Of a DNA stretch of 64,000 nt, positions 48,386 through 58,493 are shown piece after piece (within the stretch, counting starts at the first letter, position 1; each line of letters starts with the position of its first letter). The position numbers were made by a program, and so were the translations under genes. A model generated the notes under the pieces. That model saw nothing but the letters and a program-made list of their open reading frames with translations. It was not told the DNA's origin and ran no database searches. This DNA comes from Candidatus Hydrogenedentota bacterium (GTDB lineage Bacteria > Hydrogenedentota > Hydrogenedentia > Hydrogenedentales > SLHB01): NCBI GenBank assembly GCA_029974275.1, contig JARKSN010000316.1:8125-72124 (forward strand), written 5' to 3'.

Positions 48386-49090
48386 ATGCGAGAACGGAAA
48401 TCCGCCATGACCTCTCCCGAGAACGCCAGAAAGAGCAAGCGCTCTTTTTCCGCCCGCTTGGCCCGGAGCACGCGCACGCGCATGATCTCCGGCTTGTTGG
48501 TGCTCGTGCCCCTGGTGGTCACGTACTTTGTGCTCCAGTTCCTGTACAAAATGTCCGTGGGCACCTTGCTCCCCCTATTGAACAAGGTCGATCTGCAACT
48601 CCCCGAGTACGCCAAGCCCCCCGTGGCTCTGCTTGTCGTGTTTGTCGCGATTTATGTGGCGGGTCTTCTCGCGGGCAACTATGTGGGCCGCAAAGTGATT
48701 GCCTTGGGCGAGGCCATTCTCCGTCGCATTCCCGTAGTCAAGACGGTCTATTCCGCTTCAAAACAGGTTGTAGACACTTTCAGCATCAAGGACAAGCAAG
48801 GATTCAAACGAGTCGCCTTGGTCGAATATCCGCGACCTGGCATCTACGCATTGGGGTTTGTGACCGGAGAGATCCGCCTTCCGGATGGACGGAACTGTTA
48901 TATTGTATTCATACCGACCTCGCCTAACCCAACCTCGGGTTTTTTGGAGGCCGTGCCCATGAGCCAGGCGGAATTGCTCGACCTGTCGATCGAGGAGACG
49001 CTTCGGGTTGTCATGTCCGCCGGCATTTTATCGCCGGAGTCACTGGTTCGCGCCTCGGACGCATCTCCGGAGAAAACGGAGACGTCATGA
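48386..49090 (+). CDS. DUF502 membrane protein
   Basis: RIPVVKTVY...[21 protein letters not shown]. Confidence 0.9.
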   Translation: MRERKSAMTSPENARKSKRSFSARLARSTRTRMISGLLVLVPLVVTYFVLQFLYKMSVGTLLPLLNKVDLQLPEYAKPPVALLVVFVAIYVAGLLAGNYVGRKVIALGEAILRRIPVVKTVYSASKQVVDTFSIKDKQGFKRVALVEYPRPGIYALGFVTGEIRLPDGRNCYIVFIPTSPNPTSGFLEAVPMSQAELLDLSIEETLRVVMSAGILSPESLVRASDASPEKTETS

Positions 49091-49500
49091 AATTCGCGAC
49101 CGAGTATCTTTACTTCACGACCCAGCGAAAGCGCGAATACCTCAACATCACCCCCGCCGTCGAGGGCATTGTCGCCAAGAGCGGCGTGCGCGAGGGCATG
49201 GTCCTCGTGAGCGCGATGCACATCACGGCGGGCGTGTATGTCAACGATGCGGAATCAGGGCTTATCCAGGACATCGATGAATGGCTGGAGAATCTGGCCC
49301 CGTTCCGCTCGGACTACCGCCACCATCGCACGGGCGAAACGAACGGCGACGCGCATCTGAAAAGCCTGCTCATTCACCATGAAGTCGTTGTGCCCATCAC
49401 CGAAGGCCGTCTCGACCTCGGACCATGGCAACAAATCTACTATGCCGAGTTCGACGGCCAACGGCGCAAACGTTTGGTCGTCAAGGTCATGGGCGAGTAG
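49087..49500 (+). CDS. yjbQ: YjbQ/UPF0047 family protein
   Basis: [32 protein letters not shown]. Confidence 0.92.
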   Translation: MKFATEYLYFTTQRKREYLNITPAVEGIVAKSGVREGMVLVSAMHITAGVYVNDAESGLIQDIDEWLENLAPFRSDYRHHRTGETNGDAHLKSLLIHHEVVVPITEGRLDLGPWQQIYYAEFDGQRRKRLVVKVMGE

Positions 49501-49506
49501 CCTCGC

Positions 49507-50412
49507 ATGCCCAGCGTCAAAAAATCCTTCTATACGACCGTCGATCACGATTTTGAGGTCGAACATGTCGAAGAAGTCGCGTGCAATCTCTGCCACGCGA
49601 CGGCATACGACGTTTTGGCGCAAGAGCTGGGTTTTGACATCCGCGAATGCTCGAACTGCGGACTCGTGTACGTTTCCCCACAGCCCGCGGCGAATGAAAT
49701 CAAGCGTTTCTACGAGGGCATGTACACCTCGCAAACCGCCGCCGACGCCGCGACCCGTTCCATCGGCGCGGTCGAGCGCCATCTCAAGCGCGTGGTGCTT
49801 GCGCGGAAACCCGAGGGCGGACGCCTCCTCGAAATTGGCTGCGGCTATGGGAATTTTTTGCGGCAGTTCGTGAGCCCGCGATGGACCTTGACCGGCGTCG
49901 AAACCGCAACCAATGCCCTGGCGCACGTGCGCAGGACTGTCCCCGGCGTGACGTTGGTCGAGGGAACCGTCGAAGAATCGGACTTTCCTCCGGCGAGCCA
50001 GGACTGCATCGTGATGATCGCGGTCCTCGAGCACATGAAAGACCCGAAAGGCGTGCTGGCGCGCGTCACGCGTTGGCTTGCTCCGGGCGGGCTCTTGCTC
50101 GTGCAAACGCCCTACATCGCAAACTTCATCCGGGCCAAACGCTGGTTTCCCAAGTTGCCGATACATTTTGAAGCGCCGCGGCATCTGTTCGATTTTTCGC
50201 CGTCGACATTGCCGCGATACTTTGCGGAAGCGGGCCTGCGCGACGTTCGCACGGAGATCGCGCGCCCGTATTCAAGCACGGGCCCTCTGGGCTCGCTGCT
50301 CATTTGGGGCGTCAAGGCGCCGGGTTTGTTGTTGTATGCGCTTACGGGAGGACGCTACGTGTATCCCTATTCGAGCGCCATTGTGGTGCACGGCGTGCGC
50401 GAACGCGCCTAG
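49507..50412 (+). CDS. Class I SAM-dependent methyltransferase with N-terminal Zn-binding CxxC pairs
   Basis: CNLC, CSNCG, LLEIGCGYG, VLEH..DP, L.PGG. Confidence 0.85.
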   Translation: MPSVKKSFYTTVDHDFEVEHVEEVACNLCHATAYDVLAQELGFDIRECSNCGLVYVSPQPAANEIKRFYEGMYTSQTAADAATRSIGAVERHLKRVVLARKPEGGRLLEIGCGYGNFLRQFVSPRWTLTGVETATNALAHVRRTVPGVTLVEGTVEESDFPPASQDCIVMIAVLEHMKDPKGVLARVTRWLAPGGLLLVQTPYIANFIRAKRWFPKLPIHFEAPRHLFDFSPSTLPRYFAEAGLRDVRTEIARPYSSTGPLGSLLIWGVKAPGLLLYALTGGRYVYPYSSAIVVHGVRERA

Positions 50413-50445
50413 ATCGCCGTGGGGAAGAAACAAGGAGACGCCACT

Positions 50446-51666
50446 GTGCAAGCTGTGATCATGGCTGCGGGTCAATCGACGCGCACCTACCCGTTGACCC
50501 TCACGCGGCCCAAGCCGCTGCTTCCGCTTCTGAACAGGCCGGTGCTCGCACACCAGCTCGACGCGCTGCATGGAACCATCGACGAGGCGATCCTCGTCGT
50601 CGGCTACATGCGCGAACAAATCGAGACAGCATTTGGCGATGACTATCGCGGAATCCGCCTGCGGTACGTCGTGCAGGAAGAGCAGAAAGGCACGGGGCAC
50701 GCAATTCTGCAGAGTGCGCCGCACATCAAAGGCCCCTTCCTCGCCATGAACGGAGACGACCTGTATGCCGCGACGGACCTTCGACGGTTGGCGGCGTCGG
50801 ACGATCCCGCAGCTCTTGTGAAGCATGTCGAGGACCCGCGGCTCTATGGCATCTACGAAGCGGACGGCGATGGTCGCGTCAAGCGTCTCGTCGAGAAACC
50901 TGCGGAGGTGTTCTCGACCCTGGCCAACGTGGGCGCATACCGCTTCGAGCCGTCCGTGTTCGACGTTTTGAAGCGCACGCAGCCCTCCGCGCGGGGAGAG
51001 ATCGAGATCACATGCGCCATCCAGGCCCTCGCGGAACAGGCGACGTTCCGCGTCGTCGAAATGGAAAGCTACTGGCTTCCCATCGGGTATCCGTGGCATC
51101 TGCTCGACGCCAACGAATATCTGCTGAATGCCTGGCTCGAACATCGCATTGAAGGCGAAGTGAGCCCCGCCGCGCACATCAACGGACGCGTCAACATTGG
51201 CAAAGGAACCGTCGTCCGTTCTGGCGTCGTCATCGACGGGCCGGTCCTCATCGGCGAAAACTGCCATATTGGCCCCAACTGCTGGCTACGGCCCGGCGCC
51301 ACGATTGGCAATCACTGCAAGGTTGGCCACGGCGTCGAGATCAAGAACTCGATCCTGATGGATCATGCCGCCGCGCCGCATCTCAACTATGTCGGCGACA
51401 GCATCATTGGCGAACGCACCAACCTTGGTTGCGGCACGGTGACCGCGAACGTCCGCCACGACGGAAAGAATATTGCGTCCGTTGTGAAAGGCGAAGTCAT
51501 CGACAGCGGGCGCAGAAAACTGGGCGCCATCATCGGCGATCACGTGCATACGGGGATCAACACGTCCATCTACCCAGGCCGCAAGTTCTGGCCGCACACA
51601 TACAGCTTTCCGGGCGAGGCCGTCCGCAAAGACGTCGTCGATACGCGCCGCACGCCGCAAAAATAA
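50446..51666 (+). CDS. Bifunctional sugar-1-phosphate nucleotidyltransferase/acetyltransferase (archaeal GlmU-like)
   Basis: AVIMAAGQSTRTYPLT..RPKPL, GTGHA, RGEIEIT, IGYPWHLL; hexapeptide repeats HLNYVGDS, GRRKLGAIIGD. Confidence 0.85.
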   Translation: MQAVIMAAGQSTRTYPLTLTRPKPLLPLLNRPVLAHQLDALHGTIDEAILVVGYMREQIETAFGDDYRGIRLRYVVQEEQKGTGHAILQSAPHIKGPFLAMNGDDLYAATDLRRLAASDDPAALVKHVEDPRLYGIYEADGDGRVKRLVEKPAEVFSTLANVGAYRFEPSVFDVLKRTQPSARGEIEITCAIQALAEQATFRVVEMESYWLPIGYPWHLLDANEYLLNAWLEHRIEGEVSPAAHINGRVNIGKGTVVRSGVVIDGPVLIGENCHIGPNCWLRPGATIGNHCKVGHGVEIKNSILMDHAAAPHLNYVGDSIIGERTNLGCGTVTANVRHDGKNIASVVKGEVIDSGRRKLGAIIGDHVHTGINTSIYPGRKFWPHTYSFPGEAVRKDVVDTRRTPQK

Positions 51667-51703
51667 GCCGTTGGGGGGCGTAACCGCCGAATGATCCGCT
51701 TCG

Positions 51704-52135
51704 CTAGGACTCTATCGAAGGATCCGAATCTGGGCGGTCATCCGGAAGGTTCAGGAGACTTTTCAGGGCGCCAAATGCTTGCATGCCCGAGGGGGGCGCC
51801 GCATCGCGATAGACGGCTGCGGCTCCCCGAGCGCCGGTGCGTTCATAGGCCTCGTGCGCATCGTCGTGACAGTACAAACACAGGAGCTCCCAATTGCTGC
51901 CATCGCTCGGGTTGTTCTTGTGATTGTTGTCTTTGTGGTGCACGGTGAGCTCGCGGAGGTTTTTCCCGGAAAATTCCCGGCCGCATCGGGCGCAAACATG
52001 GGGAAACAAAACAAGGGCCTGCTCACGATAGGCCGATTGCGATGGCGTCTTCTCGAACCGAAGAGCAGCGGGAGTCGCCTGTTTTTCCAGCTTCGAAGGT
52101 TTCCGTTTCTGCGGCATGAGTTTCTCCTGTTTCAC
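51704..52135 (-). CDS. yajD: YajD-family HNH nuclease
   Basis: YREQAL..FP.VCARCGREF...NLRELTVHHKD.NH.NNP.DGSNWELLCLYCHD. Confidence 0.88.
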   Translation of the reverse strand: MKQEKLMPQKRKPSKLEKQATPAALRFEKTPSQSAYREQALVLFPHVCARCGREFSGKNLRELTVHHKDNNHKNNPSDGSNWELLCLYCHDDAHEAYERTGARGAAAVYRDAAPPSGMQAFGALKSLLNLPDDRPDSDPSIES

Positions 52136-52146
52136 TCGGGCGGAGT

Positions 52147-52503
52147 CTACCCCATTATCGGTTTTTCGAACTCGACATCGCAGTAGAGGCAGCGGCTATG
52201 CCGCGACGACGAGACGCGATGGCAGACAGGACATTCGACCGCCATCGCGGTCATGCGACCGTCCTGGACTCCGTCGCGCAAATCGATCTCGAGAGCCTTT
52301 TCTTCAAGCTGTCTGTCGGTAAGCTTGGCGCGTTCGCGCAGCAGTTCCCACAGAGCTTGATTGAGAAGTTGCAGACGCCCGATGGTCTGTTCCAACACGC
52401 GCATGCGCTGTTCAAGACTTGCGGTCTGGGAACGCGCCTGCGTGTCGGCCGTATTCGGCGCGGAGCCGCTTCCTGCATACCAGATGCCACCCATGCCTAA
52501 CAT
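52147..52503 (-). CDS. Hypothetical coiled-coil + zinc-ribbon protein
   Basis: AAGGAGG RBS; IDLRDG..DG, CPVC...CLYC. Confidence 0.75.
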   Translation of the reverse strand: MLGMGGIWYAGSGSAPNTADTQARSQTASLEQRMRVLEQTIGRLQLLNQALWELLRERAKLTDRQLEEKALEIDLRDGVQDGRMTAMAVECPVCHRVSSSRHSRCLYCDVEFEKPIMG

Positions 52504-52558
52504 GACGATTCCCTCCTTGTTTCAGCAGCGCCCATCAGGTTGGCCGCGCATGCCGCTG

Positions 52559-53584
52559 TCAGAACAGTGCAGTCTGCTGCGGCGCCTCGGGCGGTTTAAG
52601 GCCGATGTGGACGTATGCGCGGGGCGTGGCGACGCGGCCCTGCTGGGTGCGCTTGATGAACCCAACTTGGATCAGAAACGGCTCATGGACTTCTTCAAGC
52701 GTCTGGGATTCCTCGCCCACCGCAACGGCTAGCGAGGAGAGTCCCACCGGGCCGCCATTGAATTTCTCAATCAGTGTATGCAGGATGGCGCGATCCATGT
52801 CGTCCAACCCAAGTTCATCGACGCGCAACAACCGCAACGCAGCGTCCGCCATTTCCTGCGTGATGGCGCCCGTTCCCTTCACCTGTGCATAGTCGCGCAC
52901 GCGCCGCAACAGGCGGTTTGCAATACGCGCCGTGCCACGCGACCGCGACGCAATCTCCAGCGCGCCGTCGGAATCGATCGGCACATCGAGAATCCGTGCC
53001 GCACGAATAATGATCGCCTGCAACTCCTTCGGCGAATAGAACTCAAAACGGCACGTGTCGCCGAACCGCGCGCGCAACGGCGGCGTTAGTAGCCCCGCCC
53101 GCGTCGTCGCGCCAATCAACGTGAACGGCTTCAACCCAATCTTCATCGAACGCGCCGTCGGCCCGCGCCCGAGCAAGATGTCCACCTCAAAATCCTCCAT
53201 CGCCGAATACAGCGTTTCCTCGACGGCGTGGTTCAGGCGATGGATCTCGTCGATGAATAGAACGTCGTGCGCTTCAAGCCCCGTCAAGATCGCCGTCAGG
53301 TCCGCTTGCCGCTCGATGACCGGACCGGAAGTGGCCTTAAAGTCCACGCCCATCTCGTTCGCGAGAATACGTGCGAGCGTCGTCTTGCCCAGCCCCGGCG
53401 GGCCGTTCAGCAGCAGATGGTCGAGCGGCTCGTTGCGTCCCTTCGCCGCGAGAATCGCGATGCGCAGTTTTTCCTTGATCGGGTCCTGTCCCGGAAAATC
53501 CTCCAGCCGTTGCGGGCGGATCTGCTCGTCAAACACTGTCTCGTCCGACAGCGGTTTGGGATCGAGGACATCGTCCTGTGACAT
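52559..53584 (-). CDS. ruvB: Holliday junction branch-migration helicase RuvB
   Basis: [35 protein letters not shown]...RT..GR. Confidence 0.97.
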   Translation of the reverse strand: MSQDDVLDPKPLSDETVFDEQIRPQRLEDFPGQDPIKEKLRIAILAAKGRNEPLDHLLLNGPPGLGKTTLARILANEMGVDFKATSGPVIERQADLTAILTGLEAHDVLFIDEIHRLNHAVEETLYSAMEDFEVDILLGRGPTARSMKIGLKPFTLIGATTRAGLLTPPLRARFGDTCRFEFYSPKELQAIIIRAARILDVPIDSDGALEIASRSRGTARIANRLLRRVRDYAQVKGTGAITQEMADAALRLLRVDELGLDDMDRAILHTLIEKFNGGPVGLSSLAVAVGEESQTLEEVHEPFLIQVGFIKRTQQGRVATPRAYVHIGLKPPEAPQQTALF

Positions 53585-53588
53585 GTGC

Positions 53589-54332
53589 TTACCTTTGTTT
53601 CCGGGCCCGAATACACAGAAAAACGGGGCGACGCCGTTCATCCAGCAACTCCGGCTGGGCGGCTTCCGCCTCGGGCGTTGCATGGGGTTCCAACAGACGA
53701 TCAAGAACAAAGCCGTTGTCCGCCAACGCATTCACCCACGTGCCTATCGTGCGATGATATTTCACCACACCCCGCACGATCCAGTCTATTTCACGCCGGC
53801 CTTCTTCATGATAATGGTCCAACGCCCAAAACAACCGCGTCCCGTTTTCGTCACAAAACCAGGACGAACCCCGCGGATTCCGGGTCGCCGTCACAACGGG
53901 ATGCTCGGTCGAAAACACCAACACGCCACCCGGCGCTAAGCAACGATGCACCCGAGCGAGCATCGCGCCAAGGTCCTCCACGTAATGAAACATGAGCGAA
54001 CTCACGATCACGTCATACGCATGCTCTGGTTCATCCAACTCCTCGACGGCCTCCTGCCGAAACGACACGCCGTCAAGCCCGCGCGACGCCGCAACGACCA
54101 ACATCCGTTCGGACAGGTCAATGCCAACCACCGATGCCGCGCCCTGCGCTCGCAGATATGCACACATCCCGCCCGTGCCGCATCCAAGGTCCAGTACCCG
54201 TCGCCCCGCCACGTCCGGCAACAACGAACGTACAGCGGGATCGTCGATGACAGTGTTGAAAGAGAGCGGATTTTCGCGTAATCGTGCGTACCCGTCGAAA
54301 AAGTCAGGGTTGTCGTAGATGTTTTGTTGCAT
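53589..54332 (-). CDS. Class I SAM-dependent methyltransferase
   Basis: [38 protein letters not shown]. Confidence 0.88.
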   Translation of the reverse strand: MQQNIYDNPDFFDGYARLRENPLSFNTVIDDPAVRSLLPDVAGRRVLDLGCGTGGMCAYLRAQGAASVVGIDLSERMLVVAASRGLDGVSFRQEAVEELDEPEHAYDVIVSSLMFHYVEDLGAMLARVHRCLAPGGVLVFSTEHPVVTATRNPRGSSWFCDENGTRLFWALDHYHEEGRREIDWIVRGVVKYHRTIGTWVNALADNGFVLDRLLEPHATPEAEAAQPELLDERRRPVFLCIRARKQR

Positions 54333-54392
54333 GTGGATAGCTCCTGCGAATGTCGCGAGGGACTCACGCCACGGGTTCAAGAAGCGGTACGC

Positions 54393-54995
54393 TCACACCT
54401 TCGCCATGGAGCGAAGCGCCGTTTTCAGAACATCTTCATCGGCGGCATCTGGCCCAAGTTTCTTGCGGGCGGATTGGGCGGCTCTTTTTGCCTCGCCGAG
54501 GGTGCAGCCGAGCGAACACAATGCGGCGACGACATCGTCCGTGTCGGCATCCTCTGCGCTTTCGGGCGCGCCGAGGATGGCGTCGAGTTCGGCGTCCTGA
54601 CCGAGTTTGGCCTTCATTTCGAGGACGATGCGTTGGGCCATCTTCTTGCCGATGCCGCTGATTTTGGTGAGCGCGGTGACGTCGTTCTGTTGCACGGCGC
54701 GCCCAAACTCTGCCACGCTCACGCCGGACAACACGGCCAGCGCGACCTTCGGTCCGACGCCTGTCACGCCGAGCAGCATGCGGAACAACGTCCGCTCGTC
54801 CTCGCGCAGGAAGCCGAAGATCTGGAACGCGTCCTCCCGGATGTAGCAGTGCGTCAATAGCGTGACGGTCTGGTCTTCAGTGACGCGCCGTTGCGTCGAG
54901 CCCGGCACCCAGACCTCATACCCCACGCCGCCGACGTCGAGTTCGACATGTGCTAGCGCTTTGCGCGCCACTGTACCTCGTAGAAATGCAAACAT
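54393..54995 (-). CDS. ruvA: Holliday junction DNA-binding protein RuvA
   Basis: LDVGGVGYEV, REDA..IFGF, VTGVGPK.AL, GIGKKMAQRIVLE, AL.SLG. Confidence 0.96.
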   Translation of the reverse strand: MFAFLRGTVARKALAHVELDVGGVGYEVWVPGSTQRRVTEDQTVTLLTHCYIREDAFQIFGFLREDERTLFRMLLGVTGVGPKVALAVLSGVSVAEFGRAVQQNDVTALTKISGIGKKMAQRIVLEMKAKLGQDAELDAILGAPESAEDADTDDVVAALCSLGCTLGEAKRAAQSARKKLGPDAADEDVLKTALRSMAKV

Positions 54996-55001
54996 GACCG
55001 T

Positions 55002-55099
55002 ATGGTAGCCAGGCGCACGCAGGAAGTCCAGCAGTGGAGGGGAAGCGGCTTGTGGAGGGGAAGCGGCTTGTTGACCGCCAAGGCGCGCGGAGATAGACT
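55002..55099. promoter_or_regulatory. Back-to-back sigma70-like promoters (ruvA and divergent gene)
   Basis: Plus: TTGACC(55071)-N17-TAGACT(55094)-5 nt-ATG. Minus: TGGACT-N17-TACCAT-6 nt-ATG of ruvA. Confidence 0.6.
55034..55069 (+). repeat. Perfect 18-bp tandem duplication
   Basis: GTGGAGGGGAAGCGGCTT x2, between the two -35 elements. Confidence 0.9.
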
Positions 55100-55104
55100 T
55101 AGGC

Positions 55105-56193
55105 ATGCGTCGTTTGTTGCTCCTATTCATGATGCTTGCGCCGTTCGTTGCGATGGCGGAGGAGATGGTCGCCAATCCTGGCTTCGAGGACATCATTGGC
55201 GATATGCCGGCGCGTTGGCATATTTTTGTGCAGCCGATGGAAGGCGCTCACGGAGCGCTGGATGCCAAAGTCGCCCATGAAGGCCGTTGTTCGATCCGCT
55301 TGCACAACCCGCGCCGCTACGAGAAAGAACCCGCCAACAATTGGAGCCAGAACATCATGCGCGGTTTGGGCGGACGCGTCCTGGTCGTCAAGGGATTCAT
55401 CAGGACCCAGACCGCGACCGAGGCCTCCATTTGGCTTCAGTGCTGCAAGAAGAAACCTTGGACGGTCCTTAGCCTTTCGAGCACGGATGATGCGACGCCC
55501 ATATACGGCACCCGTGACTGGGCCCCTGTGGAAATGCGCGTCGAGACGCCGGCCAACACGGAATGCTTGGTGGTGCGTTGCGTCCTGAAGGGGCAGGGCA
55601 CGGCATGGTTTGACGACATCAGCGTTGAAGACGCAGGTCCCGCGCACGAATCCGCCCCCCCAACAACCAGCGAACCGCCATCCGCCGCCGCGGCCGCTTC
55701 GGACGGCTCCCTCTCGAACCCGGCGAAACCAAAAGTGGAACCCTTGATTCCGGTAGCGCCAATGCCGCCAAAGCAGCCGGAGCTTCCCGCCGTCCCTGAG
55801 GTGTCAGATGCGGCGGTTTCATGGACGAAACCGACTTCGCCGTTGGTTCCAATTCCGAAAAAGAAGTCGGAGGCTTCTTTCGAAGCGCTGGGGGATCCAG
55901 CGGTCGATCGGGACACGAGCGCATGGTCAACAGATAGCGAGTGGCGCCGTGCGTATAAAGCGGTGGAGTCCGCCAACGCAGCGCTCAGACGCAGGAACGA
56001 GGACCTCGAACGCCAGGTGGCGGAACTACACAAACAGTTGCAGGCCGTGCAGAGCGATGTGAGGAAACTGCAGGACCGGCACGTCGCCGAAGCGACGCTC
56101 GATCCGCCTTCCAATGCGCGGCCAACGCCGTTTCTTGCCCCCCAAGACGATCCATTGCTGACGCCGCACGCCGATCCAGAGGAGCGACCCTAA
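55105..56193 (+). CDS. Secreted protein: CBM4/9-like (galactose-binding fold) domain, Pro-rich linker, coiled coil
   Basis: Signal peptide; NPGFE...P..W, GT.DW, G.AWFDDI. Confidence 0.7.
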   Translation: MRRLLLLFMMLAPFVAMAEEMVANPGFEDIIGDMPARWHIFVQPMEGAHGALDAKVAHEGRCSIRLHNPRRYEKEPANNWSQNIMRGLGGRVLVVKGFIRTQTATEASIWLQCCKKKPWTVLSLSSTDDATPIYGTRDWAPVEMRVETPANTECLVVRCVLKGQGTAWFDDISVEDAGPAHESAPPTTSEPPSAAAAASDGSLSNPAKPKVEPLIPVAPMPPKQPELPAVPEVSDAAVSWTKPTSPLVPIPKKKSEASFEALGDPAVDRDTSAWSTDSEWRRAYKAVESANAALRRRNEDLERQVAELHKQLQAVQSDVRKLQDRHVAEATLDPPSNARPTPFLAPQDDPLLTPHADPEERP

Positions 56194-56369
56194 TGATCCA
56201 GTTTCTCTTGCTTGTCGTTATCGCAATCATTTTTGGGGCGGTTGCTGGGGGAATTGTCTGGCATTCGTGGACCATACTGGACAAGGTGTTGCCTCCCGCG
56301 GCGGAAACCGATCCTGAGGAACCTTCCCCGCGAAGGCCGCGCGACGGCGAGAAGACCCGGGGGAAATAG
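56193..56369 (+). CDS. Small single-TM protein (58 aa), below the ORF-track cutoff
   Basis: MIQFLLLVVIAIIFGAVAGGIVWHSWTILDK...; GAGGAG RBS; TAATG overlap with the upstream stop. Confidence 0.65.
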   Translation: MIQFLLLVVIAIIFGAVAGGIVWHSWTILDKVLPPAAETDPEEPSPRRPRDGEKTRGK

Positions 56370-56401
56370 GCCATGCTCATCAGAACGGCACGAGACCGCA
56401 G

Positions 56402-56587
56402 ATGAATTCCGATCGGAAACCGCGTCCCTATATCGGGGTGCATTTCAAGTGTTGCAACGTCTACATTCGCGTCTATCTCGACCGTTTCGGCAGGACATTC
56501 AGCGGCCATTGCCCCAAGTGCATGCGCAGAATCGAGATCAAAGTCGGCCCCGGCGGCAGCGCATCGCGCTTCTGGACAGCGAAATGA
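56402..56587 (+). CDS. Small Cys-rich putative zinc-finger protein (61 aa)
   Basis: IGVHFKCCNVY.R.Y......SG.CPKC......VGPGG..SRF. Confidence 0.65.
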   Translation: MNSDRKPRPYIGVHFKCCNVYIRVYLDRFGRTFSGHCPKCMRRIEIKVGPGGSASRFWTAK

Positions 56588-56605
56588 TGGCGCGTTCGCA
56601 ACCCA

Positions 56606-57496
56606 TCACGCCCCGATATCCAGGGTGGGCCCTGTTTTTGACAGACGTTCCGCACGCAGTTCCGGATGGACCCTGTACGCTTCGAGCACTTCATGCGTCC
56701 GGACTTCCGGCCATGTCATGTCTGCCAATCGGTCGATCAAGGCTGTGTCGTCTTTCGTGAAGGCGTTTTCCGGCCGGTCGATCATTGGGGCGCTGTCCCA
56801 CGGGAAAAACTCGAGTTTGTTGAGACACATAACGTCGCGGACCACATTCGCCCGAACGTAGTGGATGCCCCAGACGTTCAACATGCCGCACAGATTCGGG
56901 TCCGTCATGCCGGTTCGGCAGCGCCGCCACATATCCCCGGCCACCGCGAAACGATCGGGCTGCAAATCATAGGGATCGAATGCGATGCGGAATGCGGCGC
57001 GATGCAAGTCGTCGATTTGCGCATCGACAAGCACCCATCGTCGCTGGGCGACGTCCCAATACTCCGCCACCCAGTGATCGCCGAACTTCCCCTTGTGAAA
57101 ATACGCCTCGAATCCGCAGCGCACGCGCGCCGGAACGCCCTGACTGCGCAATATCGAACAGAGCAGCACGGAGAAATGGCGGCAGCTTGCGACAAGGCGG
57201 CGCTCGGGAGGGCGCTGAATCCAAAACGGAGCCGGATCATGCGCGAGCAGAGCCGGAAGCAGCGCGGCCGTCTCGGCGATCTGCACCTCCTGCATCCGGT
57301 CTTCCGGAACCAGGAAGCCATATTTTTTGGCGTGAAACACATGGATGAGGAGGCCTTGCAACATCGCGCAAAGCGCGGGTGCGTCATGCGGGAGACCCTG
57401 ATACAAATGCGCAAACGGCCCGGGATCGGTAATCGGGCTATGTTCGCGATAAAAATCGGACGAATCAAGGTTCATGATCGTTCCCTGCTGCATCAC
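56606..57496 (-). CDS. Transglutaminase-like domain protein
   Basis: CRHFS.L.CS.LR.QGVPAR.RCGF, DHWVAEYW, WVLVD (Cys-His-Asp triad). Confidence 0.85.
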   Translation of the reverse strand: MMQQGTIMNLDSSDFYREHSPITDPGPFAHLYQGLPHDAPALCAMLQGLLIHVFHAKKYGFLVPEDRMQEVQIAETAALLPALLAHDPAPFWIQRPPERRLVASCRHFSVLLCSILRSQGVPARVRCGFEAYFHKGKFGDHWVAEYWDVAQRRWVLVDAQIDDLHRAAFRIAFDPYDLQPDRFAVAGDMWRRCRTGMTDPNLCGMLNVWGIHYVRANVVRDVMCLNKLEFFPWDSAPMIDRPENAFTKDDTALIDRLADMTWPEVRTHEVLEAYRVHPELRAERLSKTGPTLDIGA

Positions 57497-57508
57497 TCCA
57501 CGCTCGAA

Positions 57509-58414
57509 TCAACTGCTGGGGCCGGCGCGGCGCGAATCCCGCTGGAGCGACTGAAGAAACTCGGGATCAAGCGAAATGCCAAGCCGCTGACATTCGCGCA
57601 CGGCCTGCCACGCACGGTCGTAGTCCTTCCGTTTCCAATAGGCCACCGCCAGGCCCTTGCGCACGGACGGATTCTTGCGATCGTACGCAAGCGCGGTAAG
57701 CCATGTCGTGAGCGCATTGTCGTACTGCTCAAGATTGAAATAGCAGAGCCCCAAGTTGTAGTAGTCGTCCGCGAAACCTGGATCCAGATCGATCAAGCGC
57801 TTAAACGCCGCGATGCCTTCCTTATAGCGTTCGGTGCGGTACAAGACCTTGGCCAGTTCCGCGTTCACGTCGACGTCCTCAGGCTTCATCGCGGACAACC
57901 GTTGCAGCGGTTCGAGCAATTCTCCCGGATCGCCGTCAAGAAGAAGAACCACCATATTCTGGAGAGTCACCTCGTCGTTTGGCTGAATGTCCAACGCTGC
58001 GCGGTAGGCCGCGAGGGCCTCATCGCGCTTTCCGAGGTTGCGTAAGCACAAGCCCTTGTTGCATAGGGCCGCCATGTGCTGCGGGTCTAGCCGCGCCGCC
58101 TCGTCGTAATGGACGCAAGCCTCCTCAAAACGCTTTTGATCGAACAGAGCGTTGCCCAAACGATAATGCGCGCCGGCGTCATCGGGAGAAGATTTTACAG
58201 CGTCTTCGAGCGCCTTGAACTCTTTGGCGGCATGGGTCTGACTCATGGATTGCGGCGCGGTTTCGTGCGTGCGCGATTCCCTACGGTGCAGGTCGCGCGC
58301 GGCTTGCGGCCGAGTGGGGGTGGCGCACCCTGTAAGGATCATGATCGCCGCGAAGCCAAGGATCCACAATCCGCTCCCTGCAATTCGATTGGCCGCTTTC
58401 CTGCCGATACACAT
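57509..58414 (-). CDS. TPR-repeat lipoprotein
   Basis: LTGC lipobox; repeated A.Y.LG/N.G.../P TPR motifs; GAGGAG RBS. Confidence 0.82.
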   Translation of the reverse strand: MCIGRKAANRIAGSGLWILGFAAIMILTGCATPTRPQAARDLHRRESRTHETAPQSMSQTHAAKEFKALEDAVKSSPDDAGAHYRLGNALFDQKRFEEACVHYDEAARLDPQHMAALCNKGLCLRNLGKRDEALAAYRAALDIQPNDEVTLQNMVVLLLDGDPGELLEPLQRLSAMKPEDVDVNAELAKVLYRTERYKEGIAAFKRLIDLDPGFADDYYNLGLCYFNLEQYDNALTTWLTALAYDRKNPSVRKGLAVAYWKRKDYDRAWQAVRECQRLGISLDPEFLQSLQRDSRRAGPSS

Positions 58415-58493
58415 GCACTTCCGCTCCTCTTTGGAGATGCTTCGCGCTGATCGCGATGACACGCATGCTGGATTTCCCATGCGCATCACTACA

